The notes under the pieces: model-generated
The model's input: the letters and a program-made list of their open reading frames with translations, nothing else
The model's database searches: none
What the model was told of the DNA's origin: nothing
Position numbers and translations under genes: made by a program
Part shown: piece after piece, positions 15,145 through 23,951 of the stretch
How the letters are laid out: each line of letters starts with the position of its first letter
Numbering within the stretch: position 1 is the first letter of the stretch
DNA from: Crocosphaera subtropica ATCC 51142
GTDB lineage: Bacteria; Cyanobacteriota; Cyanobacteriia; Cyanobacteriales; Microcystaceae
Direction: 5' to 3'
Assembly: GCF_000017845.1 (NCBI RefSeq)
Contig: NC_010546.1
Location: 2,700,001 to 2,732,000 of the forward strand
DNA: 32,000 nucleotides

Positions 15145-17325
15145 TTAAATATTAATGCTTTGAGGAATATTGGTCGGGAGTAAACATTCGTAAGGAAATA
15201 AACGCTCACTACTTTGATTGCGTTGATGAATAATCGTATGAGCTTGGTTAAGTTTTCGATGAAAGGTGTCTAAGGCAGTTTGAAGGGGTTGAGAATTAGA
15301 AAAAGCTGAAGAAGAATAATGTCCTAACTGGGTATAGTAAACTGAGCCTAATAAATAGAGAATATTAATTTGACTTTGGGCTTGAGATAAAGAGGGTAAA
15401 CCATCAAGAAAACTTTGGGTTTCCTTAACATGGGTAGGAGGAGGTGAATAACGGGCTAGAGGGAATCCCGGTACATACGTCATTAAGGTTTTTTGAGGAA
15501 AGTTAACCGCAGCGTGTTGTGCGCTAGCAGTAAAAATGAGGGTGGAGAGGACTTGACTTAAATAATCTTTGGTGTTGATATGACCAAGAGAATCTTCACC
15601 AAAATTAGATAATCTTCCCCCATTAATCGAAGCTAAGGTGGTTGCCCAATGTTGTAAGGCTTGATCAGAGGCAACGGCAGCATCATGAGTGTAGTAAATA
15701 GAAACATAATCCTTGACCCAGGTATGAATAGCATCCCAAATTAACTGGCCATCATCTCGGTAGGGATAGATAGGTAAAGTATGGGGGTTATCAACCCTAC
15801 GATTCACTAAATTTTGCGGAAAATTAATGGCGTTGAAATTGAAGAGGTAACTCTGAGTACCTTGACTGCTCAAGGATTGATCACTTCCAATACTAGAAGC
15901 TAACAGTGAATCAACGGTTCCTCCTGGAGCCACTAAAAAAGCATGGGCCCCGTAATTAATGACCACAGTTCCTTCTAAATGGGGAATCAACAAATTCCTG
16001 AGAGGATGCTCCTCTGGTAAGTTATATGTAGGAACAGCAAAAGCTTCAACCACTAAATGGGTTCGACCCAAATGGGAAATCAATTCATGATAATTACAAT
16101 CTGCCATCTGTACAATATTTTTGGCACTCATCCAAGGTTCCCCTTGGCTATCAGTATCTAAGGGAGTAAAAGTTGTCCATTGCTCACTCATCGCTGTCTT
16201 TCGATAAGTAATGGCCACTGGAAATAAACAACGGGTCGCATTGGCTTCTGGAGGAACGGCAAAAAAAGCGATGGGAGCGCAAATATACTTCTGTTGAACT
16301 AGCTCTTGATTAATGTAATTCCCGTTCACCAAGCTGTTCAAGATTCCATAATCAGAAACATACAGTCTTTGAGACTCTATCACCTCAGCTAGAGAATCAA
16401 CAACTCCAAATTTAGCAGCGATCGCACTGTACTGATCTGGAGATACTGGACAAGACCCATGTTGTTGGTCAAACCCTTGCAGTACCAAAGGGTTAGCTCC
16501 AGCCACTTGTAAATAAGCAAAAATGCGATCGTCTCTAAAAACATCAGCAATGAGAGGCTTTTCAATGATTTGATACAAGCGATTGTAGTCATCAAGGGTC
16601 AAAGACTCAGGGGACTGAGCTAACTCAGGTTGGGGAACATCAGCGATTTCTGCCATTTTTGTGGCATATTTGAGAATATTTTGTAGACTCACAATGATAG
16701 AAGTCTCGGTTGATCTTTGACGAAATAGTTTCGCTATTTTTTCATCAAAGTCAAGCAATTGATTGCTTAGAAGTTCTATTAACCCTCTTTTTTCATGAAT
16801 TGAGTTAAATGGCTGATAGTTTTCTTCCAGTTGAGAGTCTAAGTTAAATTTTTGGTCAAGTTGTCTCAAATTGATTTCTAAGGTTTTAACACAAGCTTCA
16901 AGCTTATTCTGGTTTTCTGACTCTTCAAAATCGGCTTCAATTGAATCTAAATTATTACTAATCTCAGAGAAATTTTGTTTAAATATTGAGACTGACTCCT
17001 CATTTTTCTCAAGATAGTCATTAATGATAGTAATCAGAACCCTATAAATAACTTTAACAACCCAAATTAGATTGGGAAATGAACCTTTAGGGAAGTTAGG
17101 GAGAGGAATCCCTAATATTTTTTCTATCACTTCACTTTCAGGAACGTTAGTAATAGATAAAGGCGGAAGATAACTATAGTTATATTTATAACTGTCGTTA
17201 GAAAAATAACGCTGTTGGATATATAAACCTAATAAAATTATTGCTAATTTTAGGGGAGATAAGGATTTTTTCCTATCGGATAAGATCCCTAAAGCTTGTT
17301 TATTTTCATCTTGATTCATCGTCAT
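15145..17325 (-). CDS. iron lipoxygenase with a non-PLAT helical N-terminal extension
   Basis: Iron-ligand motifs: HELISHLGRTHLV (H413 at nt 16087..16089, H418 at nt 16072..16074; verified), HAAVNFPQ, and the C-terminal IPQSINI ending in Ile. These correspond to soybean-type HQLMSHWLNTH / HAAVNFGQ / PNSISI. Confidence 0.9.
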   Translation of the reverse strand: MTMNQDENKQALGILSDRKKSLSPLKLAIILLGLYIQQRYFSNDSYKYNYSYLPPLSITNVPESEVIEKILGIPLPNFPKGSFPNLIWVVKVIYRVLITIINDYLEKNEESVSIFKQNFSEISNNLDSIEADFEESENQNKLEACVKTLEINLRQLDQKFNLDSQLEENYQPFNSIHEKRGLIELLSNQLLDFDEKIAKLFRQRSTETSIIVSLQNILKYATKMAEIADVPQPELAQSPESLTLDDYNRLYQIIEKPLIADVFRDDRIFAYLQVAGANPLVLQGFDQQHGSCPVSPDQYSAIAAKFGVVDSLAEVIESQRLYVSDYGILNSLVNGNYINQELVQQKYICAPIAFFAVPPEANATRCLFPVAITYRKTAMSEQWTTFTPLDTDSQGEPWMSAKNIVQMADCNYHELISHLGRTHLVVEAFAVPTYNLPEEHPLRNLLIPHLEGTVVINYGAHAFLVAPGGTVDSLLASSIGSDQSLSSQGTQSYLFNFNAINFPQNLVNRRVDNPHTLPIYPYRDDGQLIWDAIHTWVKDYVSIYYTHDAAVASDQALQHWATTLASINGGRLSNFGEDSLGHINTKDYLSQVLSTLIFTASAQHAAVNFPQKTLMTYVPGFPLARYSPPPTHVKETQSFLDGLPSLSQAQSQINILYLLGSVYYTQLGHYSSSAFSNSQPLQTALDTFHRKLNQAHTIIHQRNQSSERLFPYECLLPTNIPQSINI

Positions 17326-17348
17326 TTGTCTCTAATTAATGGCAAATA

Positions 17349-18728
17349 TTAGTGGCTAGTTAGTCCCAATTGAGAGCGACGTACTTTTCCCACAATCCTG
17401 ATGACATCGGTTAAGGTTTCTAGAGCTAAGTCTTTTCCTGGACAGATTCGTCCAGCATGGCGATCGCCCACGGAATGAAATCCCATGTGATAGGGGCAAA
17501 GATTTTCCCGTTGTGGTTGAAATTCGTAGGGAGTTGCTCCCCAGACGGTTTCTGTGAGCATTCCTAAAATCATGGGGATAAGAATAATAGTGCCTGGGGG
17601 AAAGGTTCTTGTTTTCCCTGCGATTGTGGTTGTAAAAGAGTCCGTTGCCACTCGGTGGGAGGCACTAACGGGTGTGAATAAACGACCACATTCTAATAAA
17701 AAAAGCTTAATACTTGAAGGGTTATCGAGATCAAGCCGATCCCAATAAGCTGTGACATCAATTTCACTGGTTTTAAGACCTTTGTATGGGGGAAGACTTT
17801 GATAACCCATAGCCGTTCGTCCTAGATGTAGAGGGCCTTGCAACGCAGCAATACTCATCAAGGCTACCATCAGTTTGGCTAATTCCCGTCGGGTCATGTT
17901 ATTGTACTTGGGATTATTTTCTTGGAAATTAGCAAGAACAGGAGATTTTTCATAAATCGTCCCCACCGCTTCGATCATTCCAGGAATTTCACTCCATCCC
18001 AAGAGATTAAACCTTTCTAAAATGCGACTAGCAGCGAAATAGTGTAAGGTTCCTCGTCTGGTATAGTGAAAATTGGTAAGGGCGGCAATACTACTGTCAT
18101 CATGAGGATCAATGGCAAAGATAACGTAGTGAAGGTATCTGATCAAAAAGCTCATTAAGCCCCGATTCTCATCAATAAAAAACCCTTCTAATCGATTTTC
18201 ACTAGCTAATTCTCTATAATCAGCCCCCAAGGTTTCTAATAACTCTCGTCCTACGGGATCATGTTGACGGACTTTCATCTCATCCGTAAAAAAGTAATCT
18301 TCAACACAGTGACGAAAGGCATCATGATCATTTCCTTCTGTCCCCGTATCTGAGAGGGAAATAAGAAACACATTCCGCCCTCCTATATCAATTTGTGGGC
18401 AGTGACGGGCAGACAGGGGAGATATACCCAAATACCAAGTCCGTGCTTGAGGAGAGGTCAGATTAGTTTCTATGGTTTTAAAGTCTGCTAAGACTACCTG
18501 TCCAGCACAACAAAACGTTGATCCCAATTTACGCTTTTTCATATCTAGGTAAACGGGATAGCTAAACAGGAAGTTTGCCAGAAATCCCTCTAAAAAACCG
18601 ATAATCGGCAATAAAGTTAAGCTAACAAAATTTTGAGGATTCTCTATAGCCCAAGCCTGAAAACGATTAAGAATTCTGTCTAACAGATTTGGTTTCAGGG
18701 ACACAGAAGATTGATTAGTGGAGTTCAT
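17349..18728 (-). CDS. CYP74-clan-like cytochrome P450 (candidate allene oxide synthase / hydroperoxide lyase / divinyl ether synthase)
   Basis: Heme-thiolate loop FHSVGDRHAGRICPGKDLAL (Cys429 = nt 17442..17444). The C-x-G-K-D pattern and the lengthened loop are as in plant CYP74 (..NKQCAGKDFV). ExxR is present in LLECGRLFTPV. N-terminal PIIGFLEGF...KRKLGSTF resembles CYP74 P..G...D...KY.STVFR. The stop is 23 nt upstream of the lipoxygenase start. Confidence 0.7.
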   Translation of the reverse strand: MNSTNQSSVSLKPNLLDRILNRFQAWAIENPQNFVSLTLLPIIGFLEGFLANFLFSYPVYLDMKKRKLGSTFCCAGQVVLADFKTIETNLTSPQARTWYLGISPLSARHCPQIDIGGRNVFLISLSDTGTEGNDHDAFRHCVEDYFFTDEMKVRQHDPVGRELLETLGADYRELASENRLEGFFIDENRGLMSFLIRYLHYVIFAIDPHDDSSIAALTNFHYTRRGTLHYFAASRILERFNLLGWSEIPGMIEAVGTIYEKSPVLANFQENNPKYNNMTRRELAKLMVALMSIAALQGPLHLGRTAMGYQSLPPYKGLKTSEIDVTAYWDRLDLDNPSSIKLFLLECGRLFTPVSASHRVATDSFTTTIAGKTRTFPPGTIILIPMILGMLTETVWGATPYEFQPQRENLCPYHMGFHSVGDRHAGRICPGKDLALETLTDVIRIVGKVRRSQLGLTSH

Positions 18729-18898
18729 TGGCTTAAGTCCCGATTGTAAGCCTATTCTAGCAAAGGGATGGACGGTACACAGAAGTGCTTAACATTCTCT
18801 AATACAACCTGAGTTCGATATAAAAATAAAAAAATCTATAGATAACTTGTCAAAATAAGAAGTCTCAAACCCCGATTCCCTCGTTAAAACAATCCTAA

Positions 18899-18934
18899 CT
18901 CCGTTGCGTAGCACGACGTAGTCGCACTCCGAAC
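18899..18934 (+). repeat. 36-bp repeat, left copy (inverted relative to 23775..23810)
   Basis: The reverse complement GTTCGGAGTGCGACTACGTCGTGCTACGCAACGGAG versus GTTTGGAGTGCGACTAAGTCGTGCTACGCAATGGAG gives 33 of 36 identical. Confidence 0.7.
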
Positions 18935-18997
18935 CCCTAACACCGAACTTAGGTTAATACAGTCAACCTAATTTTTTAGCCTCCTACCTCCGAGAGA

Positions 18998-19162
18998 TCA
19001 ATCACCAAAAAACCAAGTAAACAGGAGTAAAACCATAATTAAAAGACTTAAGTTCAACAAAGAGCCTAAACTGCTCAATAGGTGAATGGGGATAATGACC
19101 AACGTATAAGCTGCAAACCAACTGACCACAAAAAAAAATAACACCACAATGACAAGAAACAT
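18998..19162 (-). CDS. possible 54-aa two-TM hydrophobic peptide (not in ORF track)
   Basis: Hand-translated: MFLVIVVLFFFVVSWFAAYTLVIIPIHLLSSLGSLLNLSLLIMVLLLFTWFFGD. GAGAGGGATC precedes the ATG. Confidence 0.3.
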   Translation of the reverse strand: MFLVIVVLFFFVVSWFAAYTLVIIPIHLLSSLGSLLNLSLLIMVLLLFTWFFGD

Positions 19163-19502
19163 GATCCCTCTCTAGTTCAGTAATATAAAGGTTTTAAGAC
19201 AATTGCTTAATATTTGTTTACAGAAAAACAGCATTTTTTTTAATAATATGTAATAAATAATGACACAAAGGCATTGTATAAAATTAACTTGAAGGGGACA
19301 CAAGTAGAGATGAACGTCATCTTGAAAACCTCTGATAATTCTGAGACGACTATCTAGTTTTCTCAGGTTTCTTAAGAAAACTTTTGTAAGGGGCTTAGGA
19401 AACCGCAGAAATTGTGACCTGTATCTACAGCACAATCCCATCTGATGGAAGTCCTTTGTTCTACCCAACTCAACTTATTAAGTCAAGTAGGAGATTAATT
19501 CA

Positions 19503-20021
19503 ATGTTTGACGCATTTACCAGAGTTGTTTCTCAAGCTGATGCCCGTGGTGAGTTCCTATCCACCTCCCAGCTTGATGCTCTGAGCCAAATGGTAGCTGA
19601 AAGCAACAAGCGCATGGATTCCGTTAACCGCATCACCAGCAATGCTTCCACCATCGTTTCCAACGCTGCTCGTGCTTTATTTGCTGAGCAACCTCAATTA
19701 ATCAATCCCGGTGGAAATGCTTACACCAGTCGTCGTATGGCTGCTTGCTTACGGGACATGGAAATCATCCTACGCTACGTTACCTACGCTACCTTCAGTG
19801 GAGACGGCAGTGTACTCGAAGATCGTTGCTTAAATGGTCTTCGTGAAACCTATGTTGCGTTAGGTGTTCCAGGTGCTTCCGTTGCTAACGGCGTTCAAAA
19901 AATGAAAGAAGCAGCCCTCGAAATCGTTAACGATCGCAACAATATCACCCAAGGAGATTGTAGTGCCATCGTATCTGAAATCTCTGGATACTTTGATCGC
20001 GCTGCTGCTGCTGTTGCTTAA
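19503..20021 (+). CDS. cpcB: C-phycocyanin beta subunit
   Basis: [20 protein letters not shown]..., chromophore cysteines in [10 protein letters not shown] (Cys82) and QGDCSAI (Cys153), 172 aa. AGGAGA Shine-Dalgarno upstream. Confidence 0.95.
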   Translation: MFDAFTRVVSQADARGEFLSTSQLDALSQMVAESNKRMDSVNRITSNASTIVSNAARALFAEQPQLINPGGNAYTSRRMAACLRDMEIILRYVTYATFSGDGSVLEDRCLNGLRETYVALGVPGASVANGVQKMKEAALEIVNDRNNITQGDCSAIVSEISGYFDRAAAAVA

Positions 20022-20118
20022 AGATTAGCCTTGTAAGTGGTCAATAAGCAATTTCGTACACGATTTCAACACCGTATTCTAGGAAAACTTAGCAAAACAA
20101 TCGGGAGATACAAAAACC

Positions 20119-20607
20119 ATGAAAACCCCTTTGACTGAAGCCGTCGCTGCTGCTGATTCCCAAGGACGTTTCTTAAGCAGCACTGAAATCCAAACTGCTT
20201 TCGGACGTTTTCGTCAAGCTTCTGCCAGCTTAGAAGCAGCTAAAGCTCTAACCAGCAAAGCAGACTCCTTAATCAGTGGTGCTGCCAACGCAGTTTATCA
20301 GAAGTTCCCTTACACCACCCAAATGCAAGGGCCTAACTACGCTGCTGATCAACGTGGTAAAGATAAGTGCGCTCGTGACATCGGTTACTACCTCCGTATG
20401 GTTACTTATTGCTTAGTAGCTGGTGGAACCGGCCCTATGGATGAGTACCTCATCGCTGGTATCGATGAAATCAACCGCACCTTTGACTTATCCCCTAGCT
20501 GGTACGTTGAAGCTCTCAAGTACATCAAAGCTAACCACGGTTTAAGTGGAGATCCTGCTGTAGAAGCCAACTCCTACATTGATTACGCAATTAACGCACT
20601 AAGCTAG
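20119..20607 (+). CDS. cpcA: C-phycocyanin alpha subunit
   Basis: [23 protein letters not shown]..., Cys84 in [13 protein letters not shown], 162 aa. Confidence 0.95.
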   Translation: MKTPLTEAVAAADSQGRFLSSTEIQTAFGRFRQASASLEAAKALTSKADSLISGAANAVYQKFPYTTQMQGPNYAADQRGKDKCARDIGYYLRMVTYCLVAGGTGPMDEYLIAGIDEINRTFDLSPSWYVEALKYIKANHGLSGDPAVEANSYIDYAINALS

Positions 20608-20626
20608 TCATCTAGAAAGTGCTAAT

Positions 20627-20688
20627 GACCTGGAAAAGCGGGAGGTTGTTGGCTAATCACAGTTAGCAATCCTCTGTTTCTCCAGGTC
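20627..20688 (+). promoter_or_regulatory. long imperfect intercistronic stem-loop after cpcA (partial terminator / mRNA 3'-end stabiliser)
   Basis: GACCTGGA...TCCAGGTC is the outer 8-bp stem. Further AAA/TTT, GGAGG/CCTCT and TTGGCTA/TAGCAA pairing gives about 22 bp in total, with an 8-nt loop, followed by TTGTTG. Confidence 0.45.
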
Positions 20689-20731
20689 TTGTTGTATCTA
20701 ATATGCCATTAGCATTGTTAGGAGGTTAAAA

Positions 20732-21553
20732 ATGACCAGTTTAACAGCAGCGCAACGGTTAGGTTTTGAACCTTTTGTGAATATGGCTCCTGTGGAGTTG
20801 CGAGGAAATTGGACAGAAGAGCAAGCAGAAGTAGCGATTCGTGCTGCGTATCGTCAGGTACTCGGTAACGATCATCTGATGTCTTGTGAGCGACTCTTGA
20901 GTGCAGAATCTTTACTGAGAAATGGTGCCATTTCCGTCAAAGATTTTATCAGAGCGATCGCTCTGTCTGAGCTATACCGCAATAAATTTTTCCATAGCAA
21001 TCCCCAAAATCGCTTTATCGAACTCAATTATAAACATCTATTAGGTAGGGTTCCCTACGACCAATCGGAAATCGCCTATCACAGCGATCTATATCATCAA
21101 GAGGGATACGAAGCAGAAATTAATTCTTATATCGACTCTCTTGAATATCAAGAAAACTTTGGTGATAGAATCGTACCCTATTGTCGAGGGTTTTCAAGTC
21201 AGCGCAATCAAAAAACCGTTGGCTTTAGTCGGACCTTTCAACTCTATCGAGGATACGCTAATAGCGATCGCGCTCAAGGCAATAGTCATCAAGGTAAGTT
21301 AATTCAAGAAGTCGCCCGCAATAGTGCTTCCCCTGTGTACATTGGTGAGACAGCAGAAGTCTTATGCGGTGTGTCTGGTGGCAACCGTGACCAAGTCTAT
21401 CGCCTGAGAGTGGTACAAAAAGGAGTCATAGGGACAAAAACCCAACTACGTCGTAGTTGTCGAGAATACCTTGTTCCCTACGAACAGCTATCCAATAAAT
21501 TACAGCAAATCAACCGTCAAGGTGGCAAGGTAATCAATATTACCCCTGCTTAA
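20732..21553 (+). CDS. cpcC1: phycobilisome rod linker polypeptide (PBS-linker domain plus CpcD-like C-terminus)
   Basis: [20 protein letters not shown]..., [31 protein letters not shown]-terminal YRLRV...[32 protein letters not shown] Shine-Dalgarno upstream. Confidence 0.9.
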   Translation: MTSLTAAQRLGFEPFVNMAPVELRGNWTEEQAEVAIRAAYRQVLGNDHLMSCERLLSAESLLRNGAISVKDFIRAIALSELYRNKFFHSNPQNRFIELNYKHLLGRVPYDQSEIAYHSDLYHQEGYEAEINSYIDSLEYQENFGDRIVPYCRGFSSQRNQKTVGFSRTFQLYRGYANSDRAQGNSHQGKLIQEVARNSASPVYIGETAEVLCGVSGGNRDQVYRLRVVQKGVIGTKTQLRRSCREYLVPYEQLSNKLQQINRQGGKVINITPA

Positions 21554-21654
21554 CCTATGCTGAACTTGAACGATGAGGGTTAATGGAAGTTAGCCCTTAT
21601 CCTCAATGTCCCTGTATCAATATCAATGGTAAATCAGAGAAAGGAGAACTAACA

Positions 21655-22542
21655 ATGCCAGTGACAACAGCAGCTTCTCGTCTCGGGACATCCGCTTTTG
21701 AGGAAACCTCTCCGGTAGAACTCCGTCCCGACTGGAGAAAAGAAGATGCCCAAGGGGTGATTCGTGCAGTCTATCGCCAAATTTTTGGCAACGACTACAT
21801 CATGAAGTCCCAACGTCTAATCAGTGCAGAATCATTGCTCTGTAATGGTTCGATTAGTGTCAGAGAGTTTGTGCGTTCTGTAGCCAAATCAGAACTGTAT
21901 AAAGAAAAATTCTTCTATAACAATTTCCAAACTCGCACCATCGAACTTAATTATAAGCATCTCTTAGGACGCGCTCCCTATGACGAGTCTGAGTTTGCTT
22001 ATCACCTCGATTTATATCAAACTCAAGGATTTGATGCTGATATCGATTCTTACATCGACTCAGGGGAATATCAAGAGAACTTTGGGGAAAATATCGTTCC
22101 TTATTATCGGGGATTTAATAACCAAGTCGGACAAAAAACCGTTGGTTTTACGCGGATGTTCCGTCTCTATCGCGGTTATGCCAATAGCGATCGCGCTCAA
22201 TTAGAAGGTAACACCGTTCGTTTAGCTACCGAATTAGGGCAAAATGGTTCCTCTGCTGTCGTTGGACCTTCTGGTGCTAACGACGGTTGGGCTTATCGTC
22301 CTTCTAAAGACGGTGCGACCCCCAATCAACAAGTATTTGGTGGAACCCTCGCCTTTGGGAATGAGGACAACAGAACCTATCGAGTTGAAATTTCTGGTAT
22401 CGGCGCAAGGGGAGCGAAAAACTATCCCAGTGTTCGTCGTAGTAGCCGTGCGTTGATTGTTCCTTACAAAGAATTATCAGCAACCCTACAACGCATTAGC
22501 CGTTCTGGAGGAAAAGTAGCGAGTATTACTCCTGCTGACTAG
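21655..22542 (+). CDS. cpcC2: phycobilisome rod linker polypeptide, second paralogue
   Basis: Start moved from the track's 21583 to ATG 21655 (AAGGAG at 21641..21646). It has the same domain signature as cpcC1 ([15 protein letters not shown]..., [18 protein letters not shown], ...[11 protein letters not shown]). Confidence 0.9.
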   Translation: MPVTTAASRLGTSAFEETSPVELRPDWRKEDAQGVIRAVYRQIFGNDYIMKSQRLISAESLLCNGSISVREFVRSVAKSELYKEKFFYNNFQTRTIELNYKHLLGRAPYDESEFAYHLDLYQTQGFDADIDSYIDSGEYQENFGENIVPYYRGFNNQVGQKTVGFTRMFRLYRGYANSDRAQLEGNTVRLATELGQNGSSAVVGPSGANDGWAYRPSKDGATPNQQVFGGTLAFGNEDNRTYRVEISGIGARGAKNYPSVRRSSRALIVPYKELSATLQRISRSGGKVASITPAD

Positions 22543-22622
22543 AAATAAGAAGTTTTTTCGCAACTTCTTATGCTATAACTTGATCCAAAATGAGTCAATA
22601 ATCGTTTAGGAAATTCTTTGTC

Positions 22623-22859
22623 ATGTTAGGTCAATCAGCATTAGTGGGATCAGCCAGTAACCCGTCTGCCAGTCGTGTCTTCGTTTATGAAGTGACTGGT
22701 CTTCGTCAGAATGACACCAACGATAAAAATAGTTATCCTGTGCGTCGCAGTGGTAGCGTTTTTATCAAAGTGCCTTACAGTCGTATGAACGAAGAAATGC
22801 AACGCATTACCCGTATGGGTGGTACCATCGTCAATATTACCCCTGCAACTGAATCATAA
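22623..22859 (+). CDS. cpcD: small rod-capping linker CpcD
   Basis: 78 aa; RVFVYEVTGLRQ...VPYSRMNEEMQRITRMGGTIVNITPA is the CpcD domain. Confidence 0.9.
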   Translation: MLGQSALVGSASNPSASRVFVYEVTGLRQNDTNDKNSYPVRRSGSVFIKVPYSRMNEEMQRITRMGGTIVNITPATES

Positions 22860-22866
22860 AGTTGTA

Positions 22867-23724
22867 ATGGTGGATTATTCCGAAGATAACAAGGCTATGG
22901 GATCGTCGACAGGTCAAGGATCTGCCGATGACCCCGCCTATACCATTGAACAAGCGTTATCCAATTTGCAACAAACCGATGACCCCAGTGCGCGGTATTA
23001 TGCAGCTTGGTGGATCGGGCGGTTTCGAGTCAATGAACCGACGGCCATTGAAGCATTGTTAACAGCATTAGAAGATGAAAGCGATCGCTCTCCCGATGGG
23101 GGTTATCCTTTACGACGTAACGCAGCTAAGGCGTTAGGAAAACTAGGGGATGTTTCGGTGGTACCAGCGTTAATCCATGCCTTAAATTGTAGTGATTATT
23201 ATGTCAGAGAATCGTCCGCCCAGTCTTTGGAAATGTTAGGGGATGAGCGAGCCATTCCAGGGTTGATTCGTTTGTTAGATGGAGGGGTAGAGGCAGCCCA
23301 ACAGGTAGAAGGAAAACCCCATCTTAGCGAACCTTACGAAGCGATTTTAGAAGCCTTAGGGACGTTACAGGCAAAAAACGCCGTTAGTTTAATTGAACCG
23401 TTTGTAAACCATTTTGTGCCAAAGGTGCAATTTGCAGCAGCAAGAGCATTATATCAATTGACTGAGAATCCTATCTACGGGGAAAGATTAGTTAAAGCAT
23501 TACAAGAAACAACATTACAGGTGCGTCGATCGGCTTTAATGGATTTAGGAGCGATTGGTTATTTAGGAGCAGTGGATGCGATCGCTAACACCTTAGCAGA
23601 AAATAGTTTAAAATTAATTTCTCTCAAGGGCATTTTAGAACATCATTTAACTCAGCAACCAATAAAACAAGAATTAGATGATGATCTAGTTCATTTGATG
23701 AATGTAATGGATTCATTACTCTAA
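22867..23724 (+). CDS. cpcE: phycocyanobilin lyase subunit CpcE (HEAT-repeat)
   Basis: Start moved to ATG 22867, 7 nt after the cpcD stop. YTIEQALSNLQQTDDPSARYYAAWWIGRFRV, SPDGGYPLRRNAAKALGKLGD and YYVRESSAQSLEMLGD are CpcE hallmarks. Confidence 0.8.
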   Translation: MVDYSEDNKAMGSSTGQGSADDPAYTIEQALSNLQQTDDPSARYYAAWWIGRFRVNEPTAIEALLTALEDESDRSPDGGYPLRRNAAKALGKLGDVSVVPALIHALNCSDYYVRESSAQSLEMLGDERAIPGLIRLLDGGVEAAQQVEGKPHLSEPYEAILEALGTLQAKNAVSLIEPFVNHFVPKVQFAAARALYQLTENPIYGERLVKALQETTLQVRRSALMDLGAIGYLGAVDAIANTLAENSLKLISLKGILEHHLTQQPIKQELDDDLVHLMNVMDSLL

Positions 23725-23774
23725 AAAATGATAATGAATTCAGTCAGAAATATGCTTTGAGTCCAATGACGTGA

Positions 23775-23810
23775 GTTTGGAGTGCGACTAAGTCGTGCTA
23801 CGCAATGGAG
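23775..23810 (+). repeat. 36-bp repeat, right copy (inverted relative to 18899..18934)
   Basis: See 18899..18934: 33 of 36 identity in inverted orientation. Confidence 0.7.
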
Positions 23811-23951
23811 CTACTATAAAGTATAGTCTTCAAAGAGATTTCATATCACGTCTTCATAGAGTCTCTTCCGTCGAACTCAGGTAGGGAATGGGAAATAGGC
23901 AATGGTAAGGATACCAACACCTTACCACAACACCGCAATTAATTAAATTGA

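Noticed and set aside
16389-17748. ORFs 16389..16595 (-) and 17554..17748 (+), inside the lipoxygenase and P450 genes
   Set aside because: They are alternative-frame or antisense to strongly motif-supported genes.
19172-19468. 98-aa minus-strand ORF just upstream of cpcB
   Set aside because: It lies in the expected long cpcB promoter/5' leader, and the track start appears to be non-ATG. The Cys/Arg/Leu-rich translation has no motif, so it is more likely non-coding leader DNA.
21583-21654. N-terminal extensions proposed by the ORF track: cpcC2 from 21583, and likewise cpcE from 22819, rimK from 13136 and the porin from 2230
   Set aside because: In each case a downstream ATG with a Shine-Dalgarno and a family-typical N-terminus is present. 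The upstream parts overlap the preceding gene or spacer and add non-homologous residues.
21980-22456. Plus-strand alternative-frame ORFs 21980..22204 and 22244..22456, inside cpcC2
   Set aside because: They are out of frame with a clearly homologous linker gene.
22867-23951. cpcE without an adjacent cpcF
   Set aside because: Unlinked cpcE and cpcF are known in other cyanobacteria (e.g. Synechocystis). The 227-nt spacer after cpcE has no degraded cpcF-like frame that I can see.
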